The notes beneath the pieces are model-generated. The model saw nothing but the letters and a program-made list of their open reading frames with translations. It ran no database searches and was not told the origin of the DNA. The position numbers and the translations under genes are program-made. A DNA stretch of 59,998 bases, filler included, from an uncultured Methanosarcinales archaeon (GTDB taxonomy: Archaea; Nanobdellota; Nanobdellia; Woesearchaeales; CAYSVS01): the NCBI GenBank assembly GCA_964589485.1. It is 4 parts of 4 records of this genome, joined end to end, with 100 filler letters (N's around TTAATTAATTAA, not from the genome) between each part and the next. Parts side by side here need not be neighbours in the genome. Positions count along the whole stretch, not along the records: positions 1 to 24,164 come from CAZPRK010000017.1; 3 more parts are not named here. One strand, 5' to 3'. The stretch's first letter is position 1. Every line of letters starts with the position of its first letter. Positions 13,220 to 23,319 of the stretch are shown piece by piece.

Positions 13220-13828
13220 CTATCTATTAATGTAATTAGCTCTTCCCTTTTTTACAATAATATCCGCTATTTTTACAGGTAAATTGGCAAAGTCACCTTC
13301 TTCAAATGGACCAAATAATTCTAAATTCTCACCATAAAATATAGGAACAGGTAATTTAAAATAAATTAATTGATGTTTGTTTTTTGGGAGTTCTTCTACT
13401 TTAGTAACTACAACATTTGGTTTTTTATGGTCTAAAAGTTTAGTTAAAACTAAACCTCTATATTTATTCAATACTGAAAACAAATCATTATAAAAAACTA
13501 TTTCCTCAGCAAGCAAGTTACTATTTTCACTTAAATTTGAATTAGTTCTACTATTAACCAAAGCTAAATCAAATATTTTTTTTTCACGACGTTCATATAA
13601 ATCTTTAACTAATTTTCTTATATTTTGCATTTGAACTATTGTTTTTTGTTTCTCACTGACACTAAATAAATCAGAACCAGAATCTTTATCTATGATTTTT
13701 TGTTTTTCTTCCATATAAGATAATAAATCATTAAAAAAAGTATCATCTATTTTTTGAATTTCATGCCTTACTTTTTCATTTCTAAGTAATTCGAATAAAA
13801 TTTCATATGTAATAAGTTTTCCTACCAT
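13220..13828 (-). CDS. GINS subunit (Gins51-like)
   Basis: Helical A-domain (LYERREKKI) and C-terminal B-domain (FGPFEEGDFANLP..IA.II..KG.A). Confidence 0.8.
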   Translation of the reverse strand: MVGKLITYEILFELLRNEKVRHEIQKIDDTFFNDLLSYMEEKQKIIDKDSGSDLFSVSEKQKTIVQMQNIRKLVKDLYERREKKIFDLALVNSRTNSNLSENSNLLAEEIVFYNDLFSVLNKYRGLVLTKLLDHKKPNVVVTKVEELPKNKHQLIYFKLPVPIFYGENLELFGPFEEGDFANLPVKIADIIVKKGRANYINR

Positions 13829-13914
13829 TCCCTAATAAAAATTTTGCTCGCTATTATTTAAAGATTTATATGTAATAGGATAAGTTTTTTAAATATACAA
13901 ATATAAGAGACTAA

Positions 13915-15108
13915 ATGGAATTTCAAGACTTAAAATTTAAAGAAGAAAATGACTTAGTTGTAACTTTATACGAATTATTTGAATTTGTAATTCCTAAAGA
14001 AGAATTAAATAAAATAGGTAAATATGAACTTACTGACCATAGCTTTAAAGGAAATGAGAAAAAATTTGGATTCTTAATTTCAAAATATATAACAAATTTG
14101 AAACATAAACAAACTAAAAAAAATGCACTTTATATTCATTCGCATAGTGAAATTCCTTTAATTGGAAGTAATTACTTTGGGTTAGTAGACAGAAATACCA
14201 ATTTAATCGAAATTAAACCATTAACTAGTTGTAATTTAAGTTGTACTTTTTGCTCAGTAGACGAAGGTCCAACTAGTAAAAAAAGAATAGATTTTATTTT
14301 AGAGAAAGATTACATTGTCCAAGAATTCAAAAAATTAATTAAACAAAAAAAATGTAATCAAATTGAAGTTTGTATTAATCCACAAGGCGAACCTTTCCTT
14401 TATTCTAGAATAGTTGAGTTAATCCAAGATATAGCTAAAGTGCCAGAAGTTAAAATAATATCTGTAAATTCAAATGGAACTTTACTTACTAGAAATAAAA
14501 TAGATAAATTAGTTAAAGCAGGATTAACTAGAGTCAATTTTTCTTTAAATGCAATGGGTTCTAAAGCAGCACAAGAATTAGCAGACAGTAAAGCCTATAA
14601 TTTGAATAAAACTCTAGAGATTATTAAATATGCATCTAAAAAATTAAATCTTAATATTGCACCAGTATGGTTAAAAGGAGTTAATGATACTCAAATTGTT
14701 CCTTTAATTAAATTTGTTAAAGAATTGGAAAAAGAAACAGATAAAACTATTTTTCTAGGCATTCAAACACTATTACATTATAGGTTTGGACGAAACCCAG
14801 TTAAAGAAATGCCATTTGAAGAATTTTCAACTAAATTGAAAGAATTAGAAAAAGAATATGATATTAATTTAACATCATCACCTAACTTTAATTTTATCAA
14901 TACTGAAAAACTTCCAAAACCGTTTAAAAAAAATCAAGTAATTAAAGTTAAAATATTTTGTGAAGGAAGAGTAAAAAACGAAATGTTAGGTGTATGTGAA
15001 AATAGAGTTATTTCTATAATAAATTGTTTTGAAAATGTTGGAAAAACAGTAAAAGCTAAAATAATAAAAACTAAACACAATATAATTACTGCTTGCTTAG
15101 CAACTTAA
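13915..15108 (+). CDS. radical SAM protein with C-terminal TRAM-like domain
   Basis: CNLSCTFC CxxxCxxC motif, GEPFLY and NSNG. Confidence 0.88.
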   Translation: MEFQDLKFKEENDLVVTLYELFEFVIPKEELNKIGKYELTDHSFKGNEKKFGFLISKYITNLKHKQTKKNALYIHSHSEIPLIGSNYFGLVDRNTNLIEIKPLTSCNLSCTFCSVDEGPTSKKRIDFILEKDYIVQEFKKLIKQKKCNQIEVCINPQGEPFLYSRIVELIQDIAKVPEVKIISVNSNGTLLTRNKIDKLVKAGLTRVNFSLNAMGSKAAQELADSKAYNLNKTLEIIKYASKKLNLNIAPVWLKGVNDTQIVPLIKFVKELEKETDKTIFLGIQTLLHYRFGRNPVKEMPFEEFSTKLKELEKEYDINLTSSPNFNFINTEKLPKPFKKNQVIKVKIFCEGRVKNEMLGVCENRVISIINCFENVGKTVKAKIIKTKHNIITACLAT

Positions 15109-15631
15109 CATCTTTAATACTTGACCCAGCAATTTCTACCTCGTCACCATCTAAAGAATATAAGTTATTACTTAATACTTTTGAAGCAAGCCTAGTGTCT
15201 GGACCTGTAAATCCAGCAACAATTAATGCAACTTTTCCATTATGTTCATATAATTTAATTTTAGCTTTCCCTTTATAAAACCCATCTCCGCATTGTTTTG
15301 GGTAACCCATAATTGCAGCAGTAACAGAATTAATACATGGTCCTCCAACAGAAATAACGTTATGAGAAAATTCTTTTCCCCTAAGTTCACTTGCCAAAAC
15401 TGCTTCAATTGCATTATGAGTTGGATTTAAACTTTTAGTATCGTAATTTAAACTAGTTGCTATATCTACACTTCCTATAACATCACTAGCTGCCGCATTG
15501 TCACCAACTACAATATAAGCATTAAAATAAATCTTTTCTCCAACACTAACTAAAAACATCTCAGGATAATCAGATAAATCAACAGCAGCTACAGGAACTA
15601 ATAAAAGTAAAAAAATAATTAACCATTTCAT
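15086..15631 (-). CDS. small S-layer-domain secreted protein
   Basis: Signal peptide; VVGDNAAASDV, VGGPCINSV and LIVAGF..DTR motifs resemble the termini of archaeal S-layer proteins. Confidence 0.7.
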   Translation of the reverse strand: MKWLIIFLLLLVPVAAVDLSDYPEMFLVSVGEKIYFNAYIVVGDNAAASDVIGSVDIATSLNYDTKSLNPTHNAIEAVLASELRGKEFSHNVISVGGPCINSVTAAIMGYPKQCGDGFYKGKAKIKLYEHNGKVALIVAGFTGPDTRLASKVLSNNLYSLDGDEVEIAGSSIKDVKLLSKQ

Positions 15632-15714
15632 GATTTAAGATATAATAACCACATATAAAAAGCTTATGATTTAACGATAATTTTAAATATAAACTGCTTT
15701 CTCTTTTTATCAAC

Positions 15715-15817
15715 GGGCCCGTGGTCTAGTGGCTATGACAGCGCCCTTACAAGTAGTAAGGGATTGTCTTACTACAAAGACAGGCGTTGATCCCCGGTTC
15801 GAGTCCGGGCGGGCCCA
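15715..15817 (+). tRNA. tRNA-Val(UAC) with canonical 30-nt intron (15752-15781)
   Basis: GGGCCCG/CGGGCCC acceptor stem; CT-TAC-A followed by an intron hairpin GTAGTAAG/CTTACTAC; T-loop TTCGAGT. Confidence 0.92.
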
Positions 15818-15825
15818 TTTCTTTT

Positions 15826-15897
15826 GCGACGGTAGTATAATGGCTATTATTCGGCCTTGCCAAGGCTGGGACCCGAGTTCAATCCTCGGCCGTCGCA
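15826..15897 (+). tRNA. tRNA-Gly(GCC)
   Basis: GCGACGG/CCGTCGC acceptor stem, CGGCC-TTGCCAA-GGCTG anticodon arm, T-loop TTCAATC. Confidence 0.95.
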
Positions 15898-16002
15898 TTT
15901 TACTTAAAAAAGATATGGTTTAGTTAGTAAGATATGAAGATTTAATGTCTTCTAAAAGTAAACCAAGTAAATGTTTTAATAAAAAAATTAGATAAATATT
16001 AT

Positions 16003-19000
16003 CTACTCTGGTTTAAATGGTTGTATAGAAGCAGAAACTGTTCTATCTCCACACAAAACCCATGCACCTAAGTACAATGGATAATTAACTTTTTCAATAA
16101 AATTTAAAGATATCCAAGTGCCATTATATACCCATGCTTTTCGAAAATCATTCATACATACATCAGAGATAAAACCATCTTCTAAAATACTATCTAAAGA
16201 AACCAAATTCCAACCATTTGTTAAGTTATTGTGAACATAATTAATATGGTGTGATAATTCTACATTACAATTACCATCAGATAAAGCCCACATACCATAA
16301 CCTCTACCAGTTATAGAATTTTTATTCCAAGTTCCATTATAGTTCCAAGTTTTTGCACAATCTATTTGTGTTGGATTATTAATACCTAACAAATGCCAAC
16401 CTTGGGATAAAACAGTATTAAAGTTATTTTGTATTACATTTATATTCCTAAAATCATAAAAACAATCATTATTACAAGCTTGAAGTTCAATTAAATGCTC
16501 TCCTGAATCAAATACTTTAGTAAAGTTTCCATAAAATAATTCACCATCTATTTTCCAAGTTAAATTATAATCTCCAGTTGCTCCTACAGAATAATCTAAT
16601 CCTGAAAATATATTTGACTCCATAACGATATCAGAAGAAAAATCTACATTATTTATATTAATTAACTTATTATAACTAGAACAATCATTTTCTTGATCAC
16701 AAACTTCTAAATTTACAAAATAATTTCCGCTAACATATTCAAAACTTTTTTCTGTGAAAACATCGTTATTAATAGCCCATCTATAAGTAAAAGGACCATT
16801 ACCTACACAATCAACAGAATTACTATTTATTTCACACTTAGGAAATGTATCGTGAGATACAGTAACTTTAAATGTTTCTTCTGAAAAATCTAAATCATTA
16901 TCTGATACAATTAGTTTAGCTAAAAATTCACCAACACCATCATAAATATGTCCAATAAACTTCCCCTCTTTATCGACACTACCATCACCATCAAAATCCC
17001 ATTCATATTTACTTATTGCTCCATCATTATCAATAGCATTACCTTCTAAATTTAATTTATCACCAAAATAAATTTGTTTATCTACTATTTCTGAAACAAT
17101 AGGAAATTCATTATTCTCTTTATCGCCTATAACAATTAATATATCTTTGATAACTTCTTTAATTCCGTCACTAACTAAAAATTTAACAAAATATTCACCT
17201 ACATCATCATATTCAGGAGTCCAAGTAAAAACATTTTTAGTTTGTTTAAACTTTGAAAAATTAGTACTATATGTTAAATCATCTAAATTTTTATCAATTG
17301 CATTTATCTGTATAAATACTTCAGAATATTCACTCGAAATAATATTAGAAACATCAAACTCAGGAGCATAATTATTTTTAGTAACAGTTATATCGATTTT
17401 ATTTTCAACAATATTTATGCCATCGTTTACTAATATTGTAAAGGTATGTTTTCCATGATCTCCTAATACTGTTTGCCATACAAATGTATCATTTATTCTT
17501 ATAAGCCTAGAATCATTAGTAAAAATTATTAACTTATTATTATCGGGATCATTAACTTTAAAACTAATAACTGCTGAAGATTCTTCAATTACATCATTAA
17601 CTTCATATTCAAAAGTAGGTAAACGGTTCTTATTTGTGACATTTATTACCAATAACTTTTTTATTGTATATTCTGCATCTGAAACTGTTATTTGAAAATG
17701 ATAAATACCTTCATCAAAAAATCCAGGAGTCCAAGTAAAAAGATTATTATTAAAATAACTTGAATTCATTGAATAAATTAAATTATCTTCATTTGGATCT
17801 ATAGCAATAATTTCTAAATTAATTAATTCATTTTCTGAAACAACCATATATTTATCTTCCAATATAGGTGCTAGATTATTTTCAATTTCAAAAACCAAAG
17901 AATGTTTCTGTAAAGATTCTCCATCAGAAATACTAAATTCAATTTCATGATTTCCTGAATCAATGAAATTAGTATTCCAAATAAATTTATTATCAGTTTT
18001 TATAAATTTATTACTATTAACTTCAAGGAAAACAGTATCATCATCAGGATCATTATAAGTAATTTCTACTTCAATTGTTTGATTCTCTTTAAAATTATAA
18101 ACACCGTTATTTAACTTACTATTTACAATAATATCATAAGTAGGTTCTCTATTTATATTAAGAATATTTAATGCAAATCTTTTAGTATCACTTAACTCAG
18201 AATCTGAAACAGTAACTGACATTTCATATTCACCTGCATCTTTAAAGTCTGTTTGCAAAATATAAGTATTTTGGCAATCATTACAAATAATATTTCCATT
18301 TAATTTATAATCATAAGTAAGTTTAAAATCATCTGGATCATTTGCATTAGTATTAATAATTAAACTGTCATTTTCTTTTATTGTAACATCTTTAAACTCT
18401 TCTAAGATAGGAGGATCATTAATTATTTCATAAGGAATATTTAAGTCAAATAAATTAATTCTTCCTGTGGATGATGACTCTATAACTAAATCCATTTCGC
18501 AATAACCTTTATCATCAGGTATACAAACATCTAAAAATTCATTTATTTGACTTTCAAAGCCAGTTACTAAAACTTCATCTAAAAGTTCACCATCGTATGA
18601 ATAAATTTGTTTATTATTCGCCCAAATTTTAATATCAGAAGGACGAATCAAATCAAAAAATACAGTCCCTTCTAATCCATTTGAACAAGCTTCAGTATCA
18701 CATAAATATGCTTTATAGTCTTTAGTTAATGTATCTATTTTTAATGAAGCTTGACAAGATTTTCCATTATTCTTTGAAAAAGGAGTTTCGCAAATAAGTT
18801 CACTAACACAAGACAATTCATTTAACCCTTTATCATCACATACGATAAGCTTATAGTTTTCATTATCAATATCTTCACCAGTTGCTTTGATTTCAAATTT
18901 ATGTTCTTCAATTATTGGATTATCTAAAGAAGATCCAGGACCATTGATATATACTACTTCTGTAAATATAGGTGGAGTATTTGCAATAACAACACTATTA

Positions 19001-20469
19001 CTTTTAACTGATTCTTCACTTATTAAAGAGGTAAAGTCTATAGCTTTATAAGAACACTGAATTATTTTACCAAGTCCGCAATCATCTACTGATGAACAAT
19101 CTAATTGATCAATACTTACATCTAATAATTGATTATTTACATACCAAAAGAATCTATTTAAATCAGTTTTATCATTATTTGGGTCAATAATTTCACCAGG
19201 AATACAAGTAATAGTTGAATTAGAATAAAATGTTCCTGAAATCAATGGTGAACTTACTAAAGGAGGTTTTTTTACTTTAATATATTTACTTTTATTCTTA
19301 GAACAGTAATCACTTTCATCACATACAAAAGCATGTAAAGTTAAATTAAGATCAGTTTTAGTAAAATTATATGAACAATCTATAGTATTTTCACTAGAAA
19401 AGTCAGTCGAACATAATGGTTTAACGCATTCATTATCTAATAATTCATTAGTTTCGCATAATAGTAACTTATTCCTAACTGTTTCAATACTACTCCAAGT
19501 TATTGAAACAGTAGATAATTCATTCATTATTATATCTGATGCTTGTATAGATTCTACTTTAGGTGGTTGATGTTGATGTGAACATTTATTTTCATCACAA
19601 TAATCAAATTCACCGCACTCTTTGTATAGAGACCAATCTCCATCTTTTATTTCTCCATTACAAGAACTACTTTGACCTGAACAAAATTGTTTTTGTATAT
19701 TTTGATAAACATCACTATTTAATTTATTTCCATTAGGACAACCATATCTAATTCCTGCGTCATCATTACAAATGTTATTAGAAGTTTTAAAATTCCCTTT
19801 AGAATCACAACATTGACCTGATTCACAATCTTTTATATAATAAGTTATATCTATATGTGGACCAAATATATCCCCGTATCCTATATTGTGAATTGAAATA
19901 TCATCAACACCTGAACTCACACCTCCTTTCATATAAACCGAATAGTATTCATTACTATTAAAAGCATCTTTTACATAGTTAGTTACATCTAAATCTACCC
20001 AAAAGTTTTGAAATATTTTACCATTTTCTTGAGCTTCATCTAAATCTTCATTATATATTTGAGACCCATGGTCAATTTGGCATTTTGAAAAAGCTCTATT
20101 CCAATCCATACAAGTTCTACAGCTATTATCGTTCCTTGTACTATGTTCTATTTTGACGGTTCCAGCGTTCGAAGCGTCTGCTAAATAAATTTTTAACTTC
20201 GCATTTGTTATTACTGCACCTTCAGGTACTTTATCATAGTAGTCACTCGGAAAACCTATTGTTAGTACAGGTCGTCTTTCTGCATCTTTATCATCCCTAT
20301 CATATTTTAAATGAGGAAATGCATATTTTTCACTTAAACTACAAGTATCTTCCCCAGCATATGCCTCATTAGTAATCATGCCAATTAAAGGAACTTTAAC
20401 TATAACTGGATCACCTGCATTGACTATCGGAATCATAAACAAAATTAATAAAAAAATAATTTTTTTCAT
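16003..20469 (-). CDS. large secreted adhesin-like protein with tandem cadherin-like/Ig and PKD-like repeats
   Basis: Signal peptide; repeated DPDxDxLxY..FxWTP..G.Y...F.VSDG units; YEWDFDGDG PKD-type motif; Cys-rich segments. Confidence 0.8.
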   Translation of the reverse strand: MKKIIFLLILFMIPIVNAGDPVIVKVPLIGMITNEAYAGEDTCSLSEKYAFPHLKYDRDDKDAERRPVLTIGFPSDYYDKVPEGAVITNAKLKIYLADASNAGTVKIEHSTRNDNSCRTCMDWNRAFSKCQIDHGSQIYNEDLDEAQENGKIFQNFWVDLDVTNYVKDAFNSNEYYSVYMKGGVSSGVDDISIHNIGYGDIFGPHIDITYYIKDCESGQCCDSKGNFKTSNNICNDDAGIRYGCPNGNKLNSDVYQNIQKQFCSGQSSSCNGEIKDGDWSLYKECGEFDYCDENKCSHQHQPPKVESIQASDIIMNELSTVSITWSSIETVRNKLLLCETNELLDNECVKPLCSTDFSSENTIDCSYNFTKTDLNLTLHAFVCDESDYCSKNKSKYIKVKKPPLVSSPLISGTFYSNSTITCIPGEIIDPNNDKTDLNRFFWYVNNQLLDVSIDQLDCSSVDDCGLGKIIQCSYKAIDFTSLISEESVKSNSVVIANTPPIFTEVVYINGPGSSLDNPIIEEHKFEIKATGEDIDNENYKLIVCDDKGLNELSCVSELICETPFSKNNGKSCQASLKIDTLTKDYKAYLCDTEACSNGLEGTVFFDLIRPSDIKIWANNKQIYSYDGELLDEVLVTGFESQINEFLDVCIPDDKGYCEMDLVIESSSTGRINLFDLNIPYEIINDPPILEEFKDVTIKENDSLIINTNANDPDDFKLTYDYKLNGNIICNDCQNTYILQTDFKDAGEYEMSVTVSDSELSDTKRFALNILNINREPTYDIIVNSKLNNGVYNFKENQTIEVEITYNDPDDDTVFLEVNSNKFIKTDNKFIWNTNFIDSGNHEIEFSISDGESLQKHSLVFEIENNLAPILEDKYMVVSENELINLEIIAIDPNEDNLIYSMNSSYFNNNLFTWTPGFFDEGIYHFQITVSDAEYTIKKLLVINVTNKNRLPTFEYEVNDVIEESSAVISFKVNDPDNNKLIIFTNDSRLIRINDTFVWQTVLGDHGKHTFTILVNDGINIVENKIDITVTKNNYAPEFDVSNIISSEYSEVFIQINAIDKNLDDLTYSTNFSKFKQTKNVFTWTPEYDDVGEYFVKFLVSDGIKEVIKDILIVIGDKENNEFPIVSEIVDKQIYFGDKLNLEGNAIDNDGAISKYEWDFDGDGSVDKEGKFIGHIYDGVGEFLAKLIVSDNDLDFSEETFKVTVSHDTFPKCEINSNSVDCVGNGPFTYRWAINNDVFTEKSFEYVSGNYFVNLEVCDQENDCSSYNKLININNVDFSSDIVMESNIFSGLDYSVGATGDYNLTWKIDGELFYGNFTKVFDSGEHLIELQACNNDCFYDFRNINVIQNNFNTVLSQGWHLLGINNPTQIDCAKTWNYNGTWNKNSITGRGYGMWALSDGNCNVELSHHINYVHNNLTNGWNLVSLDSILEDGFISDVCMNDFRKAWVYNGTWISLNFIEKVNYPLYLGAWVLCGDRTVSASIQPFKPE

Positions 20470-22646
20470 GAAGTTCCCCTCATTTTTAATAATGCAAATT
20501 TAGGTTTAGATTTCTTCAATAATTTTAATTTTAAAGTATGATTCCCTTTACCAAAATAAACAAAAGAATTTTCTTTACTTTTATCAGAAAACTCATTTAC
20601 AACATTATTATCATCAATAATCACCTTGAATTCTTTATTATCAGTGTATTTATCATCACTTACATTAACTTTAATATTAAATTCTCCAACGTGATGTTTA
20701 CCAGTTTGCCAATTTAAATTTTCATTAAATGGTTTGCTAATACCATACCTCAAATAATCTCCGTTCAAATCCTCGGCCTTAGGTCTTAATGTTATCTTTT
20801 CACCTTGCTTAATAACTAAATCTTGTATTGGTTTTAAAACTGGAGAAAATTCTTTATCAGTTCTTGCAATAAGAAATACTTTTTCAGAGATATATTTTTG
20901 ATTATCAAAAGTAATAAAAGTTTTTAATTTATAATAACCTGGATTTTTTGTTGTATCAAAAACTATAGGTTTAACTGTTAAAGCTGTGCTTAGTTCTTCA
21001 ATTTGAGAATATCTTGATATTTCAGTATCTTGTGAATCAGTTAGTAACATAGTAATATTTATAGGAAGAGTATTTAAATTATTTTTTAAGATAACATTTG
21101 CAACTAAGTTATTACTTAAATTTAATTTTTCTGGAATTGAAATTTCAAAATTAAGAGGAGAAATATATATGAAAAAATCGCTTCTCGTTTTACTTTCTTC
21201 GTTCTCATAAAACTCTACACTAAGCCTTAATGGACCTGACTTATCAGGAACTTTTATGGATATTGGAATGTCTTTAGTTTCTTGTGCAAAAAGTTCTTGA
21301 TTTACTTGGCCAATTATATTTTCTTCATCTTTAATTACAATTTGTCCAAATACACTTTCAGATTTTATGCTTCTTACTTTTACAAATACTTCAGCATCGC
21401 TATTAGGAGCAAAACTAGGTAAAGAATCTATTGCATCGATAATTACAGGACTATAAGGAATGTAATCTACAAAATATTTTACTTTTTTATATAATCTAAA
21501 TTTTCCTGCTTCACAATCTAAAACGTCAACAGGGATTACATCCACTAAGACTGTTTCACTATCTTCGGTAAAAGAATGAGAATATGAAAAAGATGCATTT
21601 AAAGTGTTTGCAAAACATTCTCTATTTGTAAAGCTACCATTCATCCACGTAGGAATATCTGCAATTATATCTACTGGATCTGCAAATTCAATCAAACTAA
21701 CATTTTGAATAACTGTTTTTAAAGGAAAATCAACAGTAATGATTTGTCGCGGTAAAACCAACAATTCATTAAAATAATTTTGTTCTGCAGTATCTGTTTG
21801 AATTAAATCAAAAGCACCAGTATCATTTATTTTAAAATCATTAATTCTAAAAGTATATGTACTCTTAAAAGCTGAACCTAAATTCATAATGTTATAATTT
21901 AAGCTATAATCTTCTAGATAATTATTACAAAATGATTTTAAACTTTTGTCAGAAAAATCAGAGGGCATATTAACTCCAACATTTGGATCACCATACAAAG
22001 CATACGAGAGCATACTCAAACCAACAAATTCATCTTCAGCATCTACACCCCAATAATAATTATTTCTTGCTTGTCTGAAAGTTTCACCTAAATCTCTAAA
22101 TGTTCTTAAATTACATACAAATGCTCTAACCATTTCTTTACTTGGGTAAGAGTTAGATGCAACCATTATTGAATTTGGAGAAAGTTCTCTAGATATAGAT
22201 CCTTTTCTAGGTAATGATAAACCAGCATGAGATGCATCCAAAACAAATAAAGGAGAAGAATCCCTAAATTTATTTTTTAATTCAGGTATATCAAGTTTAT
22301 TATACCCAAGATTAACACTAATATCATCTTTAACTAAACCATTACCTTCAAAAACAAATAATTCATTAGATTTGAAATTAAATTTGTTTGGATTTAAATC
22401 AAAACCATTACCAAAAATAGAACTAATAATTCCTGATTTTTTATTAAAATGGTAACTTAAACCATTAACATAAGTTGCATGCTTTAAGTCTAAAGTTTCT
22501 TTATCTAATTGTTGTTTCATCTCAGCAGGAGAATTGCCCACAATTCTTGCCACAGATGTAGTTTCGTAATCAGTAGTTAATGAAAATGATATAGGTATAA
22601 TTAGTAAAAATATGCAAAATAACATAATTTTATAATTTAAGTTCAT
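20466..22646 (-). CDS. secreted protein with C-terminal half of a C25/gingipain-like domain, propeptide-like region and Ig/cadherin-like domains
   Basis: Signal peptide; VARIVG, LDASHAG, LGETFRQAR and YALYGDPN motifs; stop overlaps the next start (ATGA). Confidence 0.65.
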   Translation of the reverse strand: MNLNYKIMLFCIFLLIIPISFSLTTDYETTSVARIVGNSPAEMKQQLDKETLDLKHATYVNGLSYHFNKKSGIISSIFGNGFDLNPNKFNFKSNELFVFEGNGLVKDDISVNLGYNKLDIPELKNKFRDSSPLFVLDASHAGLSLPRKGSISRELSPNSIMVASNSYPSKEMVRAFVCNLRTFRDLGETFRQARNNYYWGVDAEDEFVGLSMLSYALYGDPNVGVNMPSDFSDKSLKSFCNNYLEDYSLNYNIMNLGSAFKSTYTFRINDFKINDTGAFDLIQTDTAEQNYFNELLVLPRQIITVDFPLKTVIQNVSLIEFADPVDIIADIPTWMNGSFTNRECFANTLNASFSYSHSFTEDSETVLVDVIPVDVLDCEAGKFRLYKKVKYFVDYIPYSPVIIDAIDSLPSFAPNSDAEVFVKVRSIKSESVFGQIVIKDEENIIGQVNQELFAQETKDIPISIKVPDKSGPLRLSVEFYENEESKTRSDFFIYISPLNFEISIPEKLNLSNNLVANVILKNNLNTLPINITMLLTDSQDTEISRYSQIEELSTALTVKPIVFDTTKNPGYYKLKTFITFDNQKYISEKVFLIARTDKEFSPVLKPIQDLVIKQGEKITLRPKAEDLNGDYLRYGISKPFNENLNWQTGKHHVGEFNIKVNVSDDKYTDNKEFKVIIDDNNVVNEFSDKSKENSFVYFGKGNHTLKLKLLKKSKPKFALLKMRGTS

Positions 22647-23319
22647 CTTTATACCTCTTATGGATATCTTCCAGATCTATTCCAGCAATTAACTTTTTTC
22701 CTTCTAAATATGCATTTTTAAAATAACCCAAATCTGAAGTTAACCTATCTTTATTTACAATATCTCTTAATAATAAAAAAATACAAACCTTAAATGTGGG
22801 TTGATTTTCAACAAACTGTTTTAAATGCAATATTACAAAATCAAGTTTAATAGCAGTTGGTATAAAAGTAACAATATCTCCATGACTAGGCATTACTTTC
22901 TTTGAGCTACCACCACTAATATAATCACAAAAATCTTGATTGGTTGCATAATCTAAATATAAACATGCTTCTAAAAAGTCATTATTTTTTTTCAAAAAAT
23001 GTTTTATTTCATTTTCAGTTATTTTTTTTTCAGACTTAATAAATTCCTTTGCAAATAAATTAGAAAATTTAAAACAAACAAATGGAGCAATCCAAAATTT
23101 AAAAAACACTTCATTATGAAAATCAACATTAGTTTTTCTTAAATATTTTTTAAAATCAGAAACATCAATATCTTTAAATTTATTTATTTGAGTAATATCT
23201 GTATTATGTAAACTTTTAATAATAATAGAATTATAAAAAATTGAAATAAGACTTTTTTTGTGATATACTAATCTATTCAATACATATAAACTTAAATCTA
23301 ATTTAAGAGACATTTGCAA
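22630..23319 (-). CDS. hypothetical protein, candidate immunity protein
   Basis: 229-aa AT-rich ORF without a signal peptide, overlapping the end of the HEXXH ORF; start may be the ATG at 23313. Confidence 0.55.
   Translation of the reverse strand: MQMSLKLDLSLYVLNRLVYHKKSLISIFYNSIIIKSLHNTDITQINKFKDIDVSDFKKYLRKTNVDFHNEVFFKFWIAPFVCFKFSNLFAKEFIKSEKKITENEIKHFLKKNNDFLEACLYLDYATNQDFCDYISGGSSKKVMPSHGDIVTFIPTAIKLDFVILHLKQFVENQPTFKVCIFLLLRDIVNKDRLTSDLGYFKNAYLEGKKLIAGIDLEDIHKRYKDELKL

Noticed and set aside
15710..15923. Short ORFs 15710-15898 and 15729-15923
   Set aside because: They overlap tRNA-Val and tRNA-Gly and are spurious translations.
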